A stretch of DNA of 64,000 bases. It comes from Eubacterium sp. GTDB lineage: Bacteria > Bacillota > Clostridia > Lachnospirales > Lachnospiraceae. The stretch lies in the NCBI GenBank assembly GCA_022764165.1, contig JALERM010000155.1, positions 12-64,011 of the forward strand, read 5' to 3'. Below the pieces are notes generated by a model. That model ran no database searches and had not been told where the DNA came from. It saw only the letters and a program-made list of their open reading frames with translations. The position numbers and the translations under genes were made by a program. Positions 36,688 through 47,308 of the stretch are shown here, in pieces. How positions within the stretch are numbered: position 1 is the stretch's first letter; each line of letters begins with the position of its first letter.

Positions 36688-37967
36688 TGAGCAGATCAGA
36701 AGAATTATATGAACGTGCAGTAAAAGTGATTCCGGGAGGAGTAAACAGCCCGGTACGCGCCTACGGTTCCGTGGGAATGACCCCGCGGTTTGTGGAAGGT
36801 GCTACAGGCCCATATATTTTTGATGCAGACAGCAATCGTTATATTGACTATATCGGTTCCTGGGGTCCCATGATTCTGGGACATAACAATCAGGAAGTGT
36901 TGAAAGCCGTTGTAAGAAAAGCAGAAAGCGGCCTCAGTTTTGGTGCAGCCACAGAAATCGAAGTGGAAATGGCTGAGTTTATCTGTGAAAATGTACCGTC
37001 CATCGAGATGATCCGTATGGTGAATTCCGGTACAGAAGCCGTCATGAGTGCCATCCGTGTGGCAAGAGGATATACAGGAAGAAATAAAATTGTCAAATTC
37101 GACGGATGCTATCACGGTCATTCAGACGCATTGCTTGTCAAAGCAGGTTCCGGCGTGATGACAGCCGGAGTACCGGACAGCTCAGGGGTTCCGGCAGGCT
37201 GTACGCAGGATACCCTCAGTGCCGTTTACAATAATCTGGAAAGCGTAAAGGCACTGTTCCAGGAATTTCCACAGGAAATCGCAGCAGTAATCGTGGAGCC
37301 GGTAGCTGCCAACATGGGTGTGGTATTGCCGGAAGAAGGATTTTTACAGGGACTGCGTGACCTGTGTACAGAACACGGAACCGTATTGATCTTTGACGAA
37401 GTGATCACCGGATTCCGTCTGGCATTCGGCGGCGCCCAGGAACATTTTGGCATTCAGGCAGACCTGGTGACATACGGAAAAATCATCGGAGCCGGTATGC
37501 CGGTGGGTGCCTACGGCGGAAAACGCGAAATTATGGAACAGGTGGCTCCGGTGGGAAGTGTATATCAGGCCGGAACCCTCAGCGGCAATCCTGTTGCCAT
37601 GGCAGCCGGGCTTGCACAGCTGAAAATCCTGAAAGAACATCCGGAAATCTACTCAAAAATGCGCCTGAATGCGGATACTTTGTTTGATGGAATGGCTGCA
37701 CTGGTGAAAAAATACAAAAAGCCGTGGAAAATGAATCATATCGGTTCACTGGGCTGCCTGTATTTTACCGAACAGGATGTGCATAATTATGAAGAGGCAA
37801 AAACAGCCGATACAAAAACATTTGCAGCCTATTTCCGGTTTATGCTGGAACACGGCATTCATCTGGGACCGTCTCAGTTCGAAGCCATGTTTATTTCCAA
37901 TGCCCACAATGAGGAGACAACAAAGGAAACTCTTCGTGTATTTGAAGAATATTTGAGGTGTGAATGA
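36687..37967 (+). CDS. hemL: Glutamate-1-semialdehyde 2,1-aminomutase
   Basis: PGGVNSPVRA, NSGTEA, YHGH, DEVITGFR, GKIIGAG, GTLSGNP. Confidence 0.97.
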   Translation: MSRSEELYERAVKVIPGGVNSPVRAYGSVGMTPRFVEGATGPYIFDADSNRYIDYIGSWGPMILGHNNQEVLKAVVRKAESGLSFGAATEIEVEMAEFICENVPSIEMIRMVNSGTEAVMSAIRVARGYTGRNKIVKFDGCYHGHSDALLVKAGSGVMTAGVPDSSGVPAGCTQDTLSAVYNNLESVKALFQEFPQEIAAVIVEPVAANMGVVLPEEGFLQGLRDLCTEHGTVLIFDEVITGFRLAFGGAQEHFGIQADLVTYGKIIGAGMPVGAYGGKREIMEQVAPVGSVYQAGTLSGNPVAMAAGLAQLKILKEHPEIYSKMRLNADTLFDGMAALVKKYKKPWKMNHIGSLGCLYFTEQDVHNYEEAKTADTKTFAAYFRFMLEHGIHLGPSQFEAMFISNAHNEETTKETLRVFEEYLRCE

Positions 37968-39670
37968 CAGAACAGAGTATTACCATTATGCTGATAATTC
38001 TTGCCATCTTTTTGGGGGCGGCATGGATTCTCTGGCGGGATAAAGAAAAACGAAAAAAATGGTTTCTTACAAAAGTGCGCAAAATGTGGGGGTCTGTTGC
38101 TGACCGCGAATACACAGAGCCGGAGCTGGTCAGCATCTCCCATTATACACGCAAACATCAGGGCAGCCGGTTTGCGATTGATGATATTACCTGGAACGAT
38201 CTGGATATGGACAAAATCTTTATGGTTCTGAATACAACGGTATCGTCCTGTGGAGAAGATGTCTTGTACCATATGCTGCGTGTTCCGGAATTTGACCCGG
38301 ATACCCTTCAGAAAAGGGAGGAGCTGATAGAATATTTCCGAAGCCACCAGAAGGAGAGGGAGGAAATACAGCAGGTAGTCCGGGAGGTCCGCAAATTCTC
38401 TTCCATGTCTCTGTCGGATTACATTTATGTACTGAAAGATGTGGAGCGTAAAGGAGATATCAAATACAAACTGATGGCGCTGGTGAATGTGATTGCCATC
38501 GGGCTGTTGCTGATCAATCCTCTGGCAGGCGGTATCCTGCTCTTCATCGGAATCTTTATGAATGGGCTGGTCCATATGAAAGATTCTAAAAAGATAGAAC
38601 CGTATCTCAACTGTATGATCTGTATTCTGCGGCTATTACGTGCAGCTGACGGATTTGAAAAAATCAAAAATCCCACAATCCAGTCATATCTGGACAGGAT
38701 CAAAAAAGGACGCAAAACCATGCAGAACTTCCGCAGAGGTGCCTGGCTGGTGGCTTCCACGAATTCGGTGCAGGATGGTCTGGAAGCATTTGTGATATCC
38801 TACCTGAAAATCCTCTTTATGGTGGATATGATCAAGTTCTATTCCATGCTGAAATATGTGGATGGCCGCGAAGCGGAAATTGAGGATATGTTTGCCGCCA
38901 TGGGAGAACTGGATGCTCTGATCGCAATCGCATCCTTCCGGGAATTCCTGCCGTACTACTGCGTGCCGGAACTTTCCGACAGCCCGTCGGAATCTTGCAG
39001 TCAGGAGCATATTTCTTTCCGCGCGGAAAATATGTATCATCCGCTGATTCCTGATCCGGTGGCAAACAGCATCCACATCCATCAGGGTGTCCTGGTGACA
39101 GGCTCCAATGCTTCCGGAAAATCTACCTTCCTGAAAACCCTGGCACTGAATGCCATACTGGCACAGACGATACACACCTGTACCTGCCATGCATATCAGT
39201 CCGTTTATCTGAAGGTCATGACTTCGATGGCTCTTCGTGACAATCTGGAAGGCGGAGAAAGCTACTTTATCGTGGAAATTAAGTCTCTGCAGAGAATTTT
39301 GAAAGAGTGTGAGAAAAAACAGCCGGTGCTGTGTATCGTGGATGAGGTACTCCGCGGAACCAATACCATCGAACGAATTGCGGCATCCTCCCAGATTCTG
39401 CGCTCGCTGTGTAAGCCTCATGTACTGCCGCTGGCAGCAACACATGATATCGAACTGTCCTATATTCTGGAAGACTGCTATTCCAATTACCACTTTGAAG
39501 AAGAAATCAGAGACCATGACGTGGTCTTCAACTACCTGCTGAAACAGGGAAGAGCCACCACCAGAAATGCCATACGGCTGCTGGAAATCATCGGATACGA
39601 CCCGGAGATTATTAAGGATGCACAGGAAATGGCAAAACGATTTGAAGAGACTGGAGTGTGGAAGAATTAA
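37964..39670 (+). CDS. Membrane-anchored MutS-like ATPase (domain V only)
   Basis: N-terminal TM and an internal TM pair. Walker A GSNASGKST, Walker B IVDEVLRGT, ATHD. No mismatch-recognition domain. Confidence 0.85.
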   Translation: MTEQSITIMLIILAIFLGAAWILWRDKEKRKKWFLTKVRKMWGSVADREYTEPELVSISHYTRKHQGSRFAIDDITWNDLDMDKIFMVLNTTVSSCGEDVLYHMLRVPEFDPDTLQKREELIEYFRSHQKEREEIQQVVREVRKFSSMSLSDYIYVLKDVERKGDIKYKLMALVNVIAIGLLLINPLAGGILLFIGIFMNGLVHMKDSKKIEPYLNCMICILRLLRAADGFEKIKNPTIQSYLDRIKKGRKTMQNFRRGAWLVASTNSVQDGLEAFVISYLKILFMVDMIKFYSMLKYVDGREAEIEDMFAAMGELDALIAIASFREFLPYYCVPELSDSPSESCSQEHISFRAENMYHPLIPDPVANSIHIHQGVLVTGSNASGKSTFLKTLALNAILAQTIHTCTCHAYQSVYLKVMTSMALRDNLEGGESYFIVEIKSLQRILKECEKKQPVLCIVDEVLRGTNTIERIAASSQILRSLCKPHVLPLAATHDIELSYILEDCYSNYHFEEEIRDHDVVFNYLLKQGRATTRNAIRLLEIIGYDPEIIKDAQEMAKRFEETGVWKN

Positions 39671-39691
39671 GTTTGATAAGGAGTAATTAAT

Positions 39692-40162
39692 ATGTTTGTG
39701 AAAATTTTCACGGATGGTTCTGCCCGGGGAAATCCGGATGGGCCGGGTGGGTATGGTTGTATTCTTCAATATACGGATACGAAGGGGATTCTTCATGAAA
39801 GAGAATTGTCTGCGGGGTATGTGAAGACGACCAATAATCGAATGGAGCTTATGGCTGCGATTGTAGGTCTGGAAGCACTCAACCGCCCCTGTCAGGTGGA
39901 ATTGTATTCCGATTCACAGTACCTGGTGAATGCATTTAACCAGCACTGGATTGACGGCTGGCTGAAAAAAGGCTGGAAACGGGGAAAAAATGAACCGGTT
40001 AAGAATGTGGACCTGTGGAAGCGCCTGCTCAAAGCAAAGGAACCCCACCAGGTCACTTTCATCTGGGTCAAAGGCCATGATGGCCACGAGATGAACGAGC
40101 GGTGTGACCAGTTGGCCACATCGGCGGCGGATGGGGATAAGCTGCTTGTAGATACGTTCTGA
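39692..40162 (+). CDS. rnhA: Ribonuclease HI
   Basis: [37 protein letters not shown]. Confidence 0.97.
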   Translation: MFVKIFTDGSARGNPDGPGGYGCILQYTDTKGILHERELSAGYVKTTNNRMELMAAIVGLEALNRPCQVELYSDSQYLVNAFNQHWIDGWLKKGWKRGKNEPVKNVDLWKRLLKAKEPHQVTFIWVKGHDGHEMNERCDQLATSAADGDKLLVDTF

Positions 40163-40200
40163 TTTTAAACAAATTCTTCAATCTATTCCCCATTTAAGAT

Positions 40201-40346
40201 AGTAGGCTGCAGAGGCAACAAATAAGTCTTTCAGCCTACTTTTCTGCAAAAATAATAGGCACCAGAATTGCAAAACAAGCCTTGTGGCCTATTTTGCAGA
40301 AAATATAGTAGGATGGAAATACTCAAAATAAGTCATGTAGCCTACC
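40201..40346. repeat. Tandem array of REP-like inverted-repeat units
   Basis: AGTAGGCTG...CAGCCTACT; TTTTCTGCAAAA.TA.TAGGC...GCCTATTTTGCAGAAAA; GTAGG...CCTAC. Confidence 0.55.
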
Positions 40347-40470
40347 AAGAAAAGCAAGTCACAAAAAATTCCCCTACAGTCTTGACAAAAAAGCAGTAAA
40401 TAGTTATACTCGGATTATGTTTCAGGACTTATGAGTATATCCTGGATACAACATAACAAATAAACAAATA

Positions 40471-40742
40471 GCGTTGATAAGAACAAGTAGCAGCATGGAA
40501 AGCAGACAGAGAGGTGCCGGCTGGTGAGAGGCCCCTGCAGAACTTACTGTGAATACATCTTGGAGCTTCACACCGAACCGGATGATACGAAGTAGGCTGT
40601 GACGGAAGGACCTCCGTTATACGGGTCAGAGTATTGCGAGAGCTGTACTTGCTGAGACAGAAGATGCGAGTCTTCTGTGAATTTAGGTGGTAACACGGAA
40701 TCTGATTTCGTCCTAAAAGGATGAGATGCAGGTTCTTTTTTT
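40471..40742 (+). promoter_or_regulatory. Tyr T-box riboswitch
   Basis: AGTA bulge, AGAG/GGTGAGA stem I, specifier TAC at 40554-40556, T-box AGGTGGTAACACG at 40685-40697, terminator T-run. Promoter TTGACA at 40382. Confidence 0.9.
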
Positions 40743-40781
40743 GTATTACATGAAAGTCCGCAGGACTTTCATGTAATACAA
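40741..40781. repeat. TATTACA-N-GAAAGTCC palindrome, copy 2
   Basis: 19-bp perfect IR TTGTATTACATGAAAGTCC-GCA-GGACTTTCATGTAATACAA. Confidence 0.6.
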
Positions 40782-40862
40782 GCCTTCCGGAGGATACACA
40801 GAGAAAGTATGCTAAAACAATACAAACCCCTCCGGGGGATACAAAAAAAGAAAAGGAGAACA

Positions 40863-42089
40863 ATGATGACTATTTACGATGAACTGGTTGCCCGCGGTCT
40901 GATTGCCCAGGTAACAGATGAAGGAGAAATTAAAGAACTGATCAACAATGGAAAAGCAACATTTTATATTGGATTTGACCCGACAGCAGACAGCCTTCAT
41001 GTAGGACATTTTATGGCATTGTGTCTGATGAAACGTCTGCAGATGGCAGGAAACAAGCCAATCGCACTGATCGGCGGCGGAACTGCTATGGTTGGTGATC
41101 CGTCCGGAAGAAGCGATATGCGTCAGATGATGACACCGGAAACCATTCAGCACAACTGTGACTGCTTCAAAAAGCAGATGGAACGTTTCATCGATTTTTC
41201 TGACGGCAAAGCTATGATGGTAAATAATGCAGACTGGCTGATGAATCTTAATTACATTGAATTCCTTCGTGATATCGGACCACATTTTTCCGTTAACCGC
41301 ATGCTGACCGCAGAATGCTACAAACAGCGTATGGAAAAAGGTCTGAGCTTCCTGGAATTTAACTACATGATCATGCAGAGCTACGACTTCTTTATGCTGT
41401 ACCAGAAGTATGGCTGCAACATGCAGTTCGGCGGTGATGATCAGTGGAGCAACATGCTGGGCGGTACAGAACTGATTCGCCGTAAACTGGGCAAGAACGC
41501 TTGTGCCATGACCATCACCCTTCTGCTGAACTCTGAAGGTAAAAAAATGGGCAAAACACAGTCCGGTGCCGTATGGTTGGATCCGAATAAAACTTCCCCG
41601 TTTGATTTCTACCAGTACTGGAGAAATGTGGCAGATGCGGACGTATTAAAATGTATTCGTATGCTGACCTTCCTGCCTCTGGAGCAGATTGATGAGATGG
41701 ACAAATGGGAAGGAAGTCAGCTGAATCAGGCAAAAGAAATTCTGGCTTACGAGCTGACCTCACTGGTTCACGGAGAAGAAGAAGCAAAGAAAGCTCAGGA
41801 AGGTGCGAGAGCACTGTTTTCCGCTGGAAATGCAGAAAATATGCCCACAGCAGAACTGACAGAAGAAGATTTCAAAGACGGTTCCATCGATCTGATTTCT
41901 ATGCTGTGCAAGGCTGAGCTGGTAACTTCCCGTTCCGAAGGCCGCCGTGCCATCGAACAGGGAGGAGTTTCCCTGGATGGTGAGAAAATCACAGACATCC
42001 GTTTCACTGTTGCTAAGGAAGACATCCCGGCAGATGGCCTGGTATTGAAACGTGGAAAGAAAAAATTCAAGAAAATCTGCCTGGCATAA
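40863..42089 (+). CDS. tyrS: Tyrosyl-tRNA synthetase
   Basis: [30 protein letters not shown]4 domain. Start after AGGAG. Confidence 0.98.
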   Translation: MMTIYDELVARGLIAQVTDEGEIKELINNGKATFYIGFDPTADSLHVGHFMALCLMKRLQMAGNKPIALIGGGTAMVGDPSGRSDMRQMMTPETIQHNCDCFKKQMERFIDFSDGKAMMVNNADWLMNLNYIEFLRDIGPHFSVNRMLTAECYKQRMEKGLSFLEFNYMIMQSYDFFMLYQKYGCNMQFGGDDQWSNMLGGTELIRRKLGKNACAMTITLLLNSEGKKMGKTQSGAVWLDPNKTSPFDFYQYWRNVADADVLKCIRMLTFLPLEQIDEMDKWEGSQLNQAKEILAYELTSLVHGEEEAKKAQEGARALFSAGNAENMPTAELTEEDFKDGSIDLISMLCKAELVTSRSEGRRAIEQGGVSLDGEKITDIRFTVAKEDIPADGLVLKRGKKKFKKICLA

Positions 42090-42193
42090 GGGCAAAGCAA
42101 TTGCACCATGGAAATAATTGTGCTACAATATTCGTTATGATGTGAAATCCGGAGGGATTTCCCTTAGATTTTGACGTTGAGGAGGAAAAAACA

Positions 42194-44833
42194 GTGAAAA
42201 AGTATGGAGTAAATGAGCTTCGTCAGATGTTTCTGGACTTTTTCGAGAGCAAAGGCCATCTGGTAATGAACAGCTTTTCTCTTGTACCACAGAATGATAA
42301 AAGCCTTCTGCTGATCAATGCAGGTATGGCACCGTTGAAACCGTATTTTACAGGAGCCGAGATTCCGCCGAGAACCCGAGTGGCTACCTGCCAGAAATGT
42401 ATTCGTACCGGTGATATTGAAAATGTAGGAAAAACTGCCCGTCACGGTACATTCTTTGAAATGCTGGGAAACTTTTCATTTGGAGATTATTTCAAACATG
42501 AAGCAATTGCCTGGTCCTGGGAATTTCTGACACAGGTGGTAGGACTGGATCCGAACCGTCTGTACCCTTCCGTATATCAGGATGACGATGAGGCATTTGA
42601 TATCTGGAACAAAGAAGTGGGAATCCCGGCTGACCGCATTTTCCGTTTTGGAAAAGAAGACAACTTCTGGGAGCACGGCGCAGGTCCCTGCGGTCCATGT
42701 TCAGAAATCTACTACGACCGCGGAGAAAAATACGGCTGCGGCAAACCTGGCTGTACCGTAGGCTGCGACTGCGACCGTTATATCGAAGTGTGGAACAACG
42801 TATTTACACAGTTTGAAAATGACGGCGAAGGCCACTATGAGACACTGAAACAGAAAAATATTGATACCGGAATGGGACTGGAACGTCTGGCAGTTGTTGT
42901 ACAGGACGTAGATTCCATTTTCGATGTAGATACCATTTGTGCCCTGAGAAATAAAGTCTGCGAAGTTGCCGGAAAAGTATACGGTGAAAATCATGATGCC
43001 GATGTTTCCATCCGACTGATCACCGACCATATGCGTTCCGCAACCTTCCTGATTTCCGACGGTGTAATGCCCACCAATGAAGGAAGAGGCTATGTACTTC
43101 GCCGTCTGATCCGCCGCACAGCCCGTCACGGACGTCTGTTGGGCATTCAGGGACAGTTCCTGGCAAAACTGAGTGCTACCGTAATCGAGGGATCTAAAGA
43201 CGGATATCCGGAACTGGAAGAAAAGAAAGACTTCATTCTGAACGTGCTGACCAACGAAGAAAGTCAGTTCAACAAAACCATCGATCAGGGTCTGAAAATC
43301 CTGAATGATATGGAAAATGAAATGAAAGCAGCAGGAAAGAACACTCTGTCCGGTTCTGATGCCTTCAAACTGTACGATACCTACGGATTCCCGATGGATC
43401 TGACAAAAGAAATCCTGGAGGAAAAGGGATATACCATCGATGAGGAAGGCTTTAAAGCTGAGATGGATGCACAGAGAAAACGTGCCCGTGAAAGCCGTGA
43501 AGTGACCAACTATATGGGTGCCGATGCTACTGTATACGACCAGATCGATACCTCCGTCACAACAGAATTCTGCGGTTATGACGAGATGGAAGATACTTCA
43601 ACGGTAACTGTCCTGACTACGGAGAGTGAACTCGTATCCTCACTGATGGAAGGACAGAAAGGAACTATTTTCGTTGAAAAAACACCATTCTACGCTACCA
43701 TGGGTGGTCAGGAAGGCGATAAAGGTGTTATTTCCACCGCAAATGGCGTATTCCGTGTAGAGGATACCATCAAGCTGCGCGGAGGCAAATACGGCCACGT
43801 GGGAACCATGGAATCCGGAATGATTGCCGTTGGCGACACTGTAAAACTGGAAGTATGCAGCTGCGGCCGTGAAGACACCTGCAAAAACCACAGCGCAACC
43901 CATTTGCTCCAGAAAGCACTGAAGACCGTTCTGGGATCTCACGTAGAACAGAAAGGTTCTCTGGTAACACCTACCAGACTTCGTTTCGACTTTGCTCATT
44001 TCCAGCCAATGACTGCTGAAGAAATTACAAAAGTAGAAGATCTGGTAAATAAAGAAATCCAGGCAGGACTGGAAGTAAAAACAGAAGTTATGAGCATCGA
44101 AGACGCCAAAAAAACAGGTGCAATGGCCCTGTTTGGCGAAAAATACAGCGATGAAGTCCGCGTCGTATCTATGGGAGACTTCTCCATGGAACTTTGCGGT
44201 GGTACACACGTTGCCAATACTTCTGCAATTACCTTGTTTAAAATCGTATCTGAGGCAGGTGTTGCTGCAGGCGTTCGCCGTATCGAAGCCCTGACCGGCA
44301 ACAATGTTCTGGAATACTACAAAGAGATGGAAAACCAGCTGCACAGCATCGCAAAGGCACTGAAAACATCACCGGCAGAAATCCTGGACAAGATTGCTCA
44401 TCTGCAGAAAGAAGTAAAAGAACTGCACAGCGAAAACGAATCCCTGAAGAGCAAGATGGCTCAGGAATCCCTGGGAGACGTTATGTCACAGGTCGTAGAA
44501 GTAAAAGGCGTAAAAGTACTGGCTTCCTCAGTACCTGAGGTAGACATGAACGGACTGCGCGATCTGGGCGACCAGCTGAAAGAAAAACTTGGCGAAGGCG
44601 TTGTCGTTCTGGCATCTGCCAAAGACGGAAAAGTCAGCCTGCTTGCCATGGTAACCCCGGCAGCAATGGCACAGGGCGCCCATGCCGGCAACCTGATCAA
44701 AGCAGCAGCGGCAATCGTTGGCGGCGGCGGCGGCGGACGTCCGAACATGGCACAGGCCGGCGGTAAAAAACCGGAATGCATCCCCGAAGCCATCGCAAAA
44801 ATCCCGGAAATCGTAGAAGGACAGCTCAAATAA
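42194..44833 (+). CDS. alaS: Alanyl-tRNA synthetase
   Basis: NAGMAPLK, HGTFFEMLGNFSFGDYFK, DTGMGLER, HSATHLL, ELCGGTH, GGGGG. Confidence 0.99.
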   Translation: MKKYGVNELRQMFLDFFESKGHLVMNSFSLVPQNDKSLLLINAGMAPLKPYFTGAEIPPRTRVATCQKCIRTGDIENVGKTARHGTFFEMLGNFSFGDYFKHEAIAWSWEFLTQVVGLDPNRLYPSVYQDDDEAFDIWNKEVGIPADRIFRFGKEDNFWEHGAGPCGPCSEIYYDRGEKYGCGKPGCTVGCDCDRYIEVWNNVFTQFENDGEGHYETLKQKNIDTGMGLERLAVVVQDVDSIFDVDTICALRNKVCEVAGKVYGENHDADVSIRLITDHMRSATFLISDGVMPTNEGRGYVLRRLIRRTARHGRLLGIQGQFLAKLSATVIEGSKDGYPELEEKKDFILNVLTNEESQFNKTIDQGLKILNDMENEMKAAGKNTLSGSDAFKLYDTYGFPMDLTKEILEEKGYTIDEEGFKAEMDAQRKRARESREVTNYMGADATVYDQIDTSVTTEFCGYDEMEDTSTVTVLTTESELVSSLMEGQKGTIFVEKTPFYATMGGQEGDKGVISTANGVFRVEDTIKLRGGKYGHVGTMESGMIAVGDTVKLEVCSCGREDTCKNHSATHLLQKALKTVLGSHVEQKGSLVTPTRLRFDFAHFQPMTAEEITKVEDLVNKEIQAGLEVKTEVMSIEDAKKTGAMALFGEKYSDEVRVVSMGDFSMELCGGTHVANTSAITLFKIVSEAGVAAGVRRIEALTGNNVLEYYKEMENQLHSIAKALKTSPAEILDKIAHLQKEVKELHSENESLKSKMAQESLGDVMSQVVEVKGVKVLASSVPEVDMNGLRDLGDQLKEKLGEGVVVLASAKDGKVSLLAMVTPAAMAQGAHAGNLIKAAAAIVGGGGGGRPNMAQAGGKKPECIPEAIAKIPEIVEGQLK

Positions 44834-44873
44834 TTTTCGCCCCGGGGATTTTTACATTTTCCCCGGGGAAAAA
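44832..44873. terminator. CCCCGGGG-armed palindrome after alaS
   Basis: GCCCCGGGGATTTTTACATTTTCCCCGGGG. Near-identical to 50756-50800. Confidence 0.65.
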
Positions 44874-44990
44874 TGAAAAAATATGTTGACGAAAAGAAAA
44901 AATCTGATATAATTATTTCTAGTGCAATAAAATACCCAAACAGTTGTATTATGCACAATTTACAGCTGGAGGGAGGTTAGGTGTGAGACT

Positions 44991-45167
44991 ATGTCAAACG
45001 TTATCGTAAAAGAAAACGAGACTTTAGATAGTGCTCTGCGTAGATTTAAACGTAGCTGTGCCAAAGCAGGCATTCAGCAGGAAATCCGTAAGAGAGAGCA
45101 TTACGAGAAACCAAGTGTTCGTCGTAAGAAAAAATCTGAAGCTGCTAGAAAACGTAAATATAATTGA
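44991..45167 (+). CDS. rpsU: 30S ribosomal protein S21 (absent from ORF track, 58 aa)
   Basis: [58 protein letters not shown], with GGGAGG RBS. Confidence 0.97.
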   Translation: MSNVIVKENETLDSALRRFKRSCAKAGIQQEIRKREHYEKPSVRRKKKSEAARKRKYN

Positions 45168-45407
45168 TTTGTGCAAATTGGGCGATTAAGCCGTGACGTA
45201 AGGGGCAATTTCCAACAGGAGATTGCCTCTTTGTTACGTGGCAAGAGCGCCGGGCGTATCTGAAAGAATCTGAAGATTTCTTTAAGGTTGTCTGAATTCG
45301 ATAGTTTTTTGACTGATCTATGATAAAATGATTGCAGCGGGGAGATAATAAGAAGAAGCCCGCAAAGATCAGGGAAAAACTTTAGTAGATAGAGAAGAGG
45401 GGATTTT

Positions 45408-45995
45408 ATGTGGACACATGCGTTATATGGAACAGATTTTTATCATTTTGTTCAATGGTTTATCGTATATAGCTTCCTGGGATGGGTTGTGGAATCGATT
45501 TACATGTCATTCTGCAACAGAAAACTGACAAACCGTGGATTTGCCTTTTCGCCATTCTGTCCGATTTATGCGGTGGGAGCATTGTCAGTATTTGCGATTT
45601 TAAAACCATTGGCCGGCAGATACGTATATCTGTACTTTGCCGGAGCATTTCTGGCAACAACACTGGAATACATCACCGCAGTAATTATGAAACATTTTCT
45701 TGGTGCTGTATGGTGGGATTACAACGATAAACCTTTCAATTATAAAGGAATCATCTGCCTGGAAAGCACAATAGCCTGGGGCTTCTACACAGTAATATTA
45801 TTTGCATTCCTGCAGGGCTTTGTGGAAATGATCGTAGACAGCTACTCCTATCGTGTAGGACTCACGATTGCAGCATTCGTCATCATAACCTACACCTTCG
45901 ACTTCTCCCTGCACCTGTTCATGGCAAAACACGAACGACTGCCGAGAAAAGTAGAAGAAATCAAAGAACGAATGATGCTGTTTATACAGAGGTGA
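45408..45995 (+). CDS. Putative ABC permease (CmpB/DUF1113-like), single domain
   Basis: YSFLGWVVE, PFCPIYAVG, WWDY, ICLESTIAWG. Confidence 0.82.
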   Translation: MWTHALYGTDFYHFVQWFIVYSFLGWVVESIYMSFCNRKLTNRGFAFSPFCPIYAVGALSVFAILKPLAGRYVYLYFAGAFLATTLEYITAVIMKHFLGAVWWDYNDKPFNYKGIICLESTIAWGFYTVILFAFLQGFVEMIVDSYSYRVGLTIAAFVIITYTFDFSLHLFMAKHERLPRKVEEIKERMMLFIQR

Positions 45996-45997
45996 CT

Positions 45998-46031
45998 TAT
46001 CCGTCCCTCATCTAAACGAATTACAAAAAAG
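45998..46031 (-). repeat. Family-G repeat, copy D
   Basis: TATCCGTCCCTCATCTAAACGAATTACAAAAAAG, a reverse-orientation match to 7121-7153. Confidence 0.6.
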
Positions 46032-46096
46032 TCAAGTCATAAGACACCCCTGACTTTCGTATATTTTATTAAATGGTTGCGATGGGAGTATGGATT

Positions 46097-47263
46097 ATGA
46101 AAGTCCTGCTGTCCTGGTTGTTGTCTGTGGGTGTCCTTCTGCAGCTTCTGAGTCCGTCTGTGCAATTGGTGAGAGCGGCCCAGGTGGAGACGGAATCTCC
46201 CAGTGTGATTTTGATGGAAGTGACCACGGGAACTGTGCTGGCGGAGAAGAATGCGCAGGAACAAAGGAGTCCTGCCAGTATTACGAAAATAATGACGCTG
46301 CTGCTGATTTTTGAAGAACTGGAAAAAGGAACTCTCCACCTGGAGGACGAAGTGATTACCAGCGCACATGCAAAGAGCATGGGCGGTTCTCAGGTGTACC
46401 TGGAAGAGGGCGAAAAACAGACGGTAGAGACCATGATCAAGTGTATTGTGGTGGCTTCCGGGAATGATGCATCTGTGGCAATGGCAGAGCATATAGCAGG
46501 CAGTGAAGCTGGATTTGTTGACAAGATGAATCAAAAGGCAAAAGAACTGGGCATGAAGGATACTCATTTTGAGGATTGCTGCGGCCTTACAGATTCGGAC
46601 GGTCATTATACCACAGCCGAAGATGTGGCCCGTATGTCACGGGAGTTGATAACAAAATACCCGCAGATACTGAAATATTCCTCCATCTGGATGGAAAATA
46701 TTACTCATGTGACGGCTCAGGGAACGAAAGAATTCGGCCTGACAAACACGAATAAACTGATTCGGAGTTTGGACGGATGTGTGGGACTGAAGACCGGCAG
46801 CACCAGCAAGGCCAGATTTTGCGTATCAGCAGTGGCAAAGCGGGAAAATCTCATGCTGCTGGCGGTGGTGATGGGAGCTCCCGATTCCAAAATCAGAAAT
46901 CGTGATGCAGCTTCCCTGCTGAATTACGGATTTGGAAGCTGCCAGATGTATGAGGACGATAACGAAGAAAAATTATCTCCAGCACCCGTGCAGCGGGGAG
47001 TTGAAGATACCGTCAAATGCCGGATACTGGAACCTTTCTGTTATCTGGATATGGAAGGGAGAAATCTGGAGAACATAGAAAAAGAAATCCAGATAAAAGA
47101 GGGGATTACGGCACCGGTTAAAAAAGGAGATGTCCTGGGGAAAGCGGTATTTATGCTGGATGGCGAAGTCATCGGAGAGACTGACATTATTGCCACTGAA
47201 AATGTAGAAAAAGCCGGATTTTTCGATTATCTCAAAAAAATCCTGATAATCCGGAAAAGCTGA
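46097..47263 (+). CDS. D-alanyl-D-alanine carboxypeptidase (DacF-like)
   Basis: ASITK, SGN, KTG, MGGSQVYLEEGE. Start at ATG 46097. Confidence 0.9.
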   Translation: MKVLLSWLLSVGVLLQLLSPSVQLVRAAQVETESPSVILMEVTTGTVLAEKNAQEQRSPASITKIMTLLLIFEELEKGTLHLEDEVITSAHAKSMGGSQVYLEEGEKQTVETMIKCIVVASGNDASVAMAEHIAGSEAGFVDKMNQKAKELGMKDTHFEDCCGLTDSDGHYTTAEDVARMSRELITKYPQILKYSSIWMENITHVTAQGTKEFGLTNTNKLIRSLDGCVGLKTGSTSKARFCVSAVAKRENLMLLAVVMGAPDSKIRNRDAASLLNYGFGSCQMYEDDNEEKLSPAPVQRGVEDTVKCRILEPFCYLDMEGRNLENIEKEIQIKEGITAPVKKGDVLGKAVFMLDGEVIGETDIIATENVEKAGFFDYLKKILIIRKS

Positions 47264-47308
47264 CGGGGGTGACGAAGGGAACATCCCCCGTCGCCGCCCG
47301 GACACTCC

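Noticed and set aside
40201-40346. Possible mini CRISPR array (repeat-spacer look)
   Set aside because: The units are inverted pairs, not identical direct repeats with regular spacers, and there are no cas genes.
40809-40862. N-terminal extension of TyrS in the ORF track (similar extensions for hemA, hemB, hemL, oadA, nifU, gap and the PHP gene)
   Set aside because: RBS positions and motif starts favour the downstream ATGs used here.
42090-42193. T-box upstream of alaS
   Set aside because: Only about 100 nt are available and there is no T-box bar or terminator.
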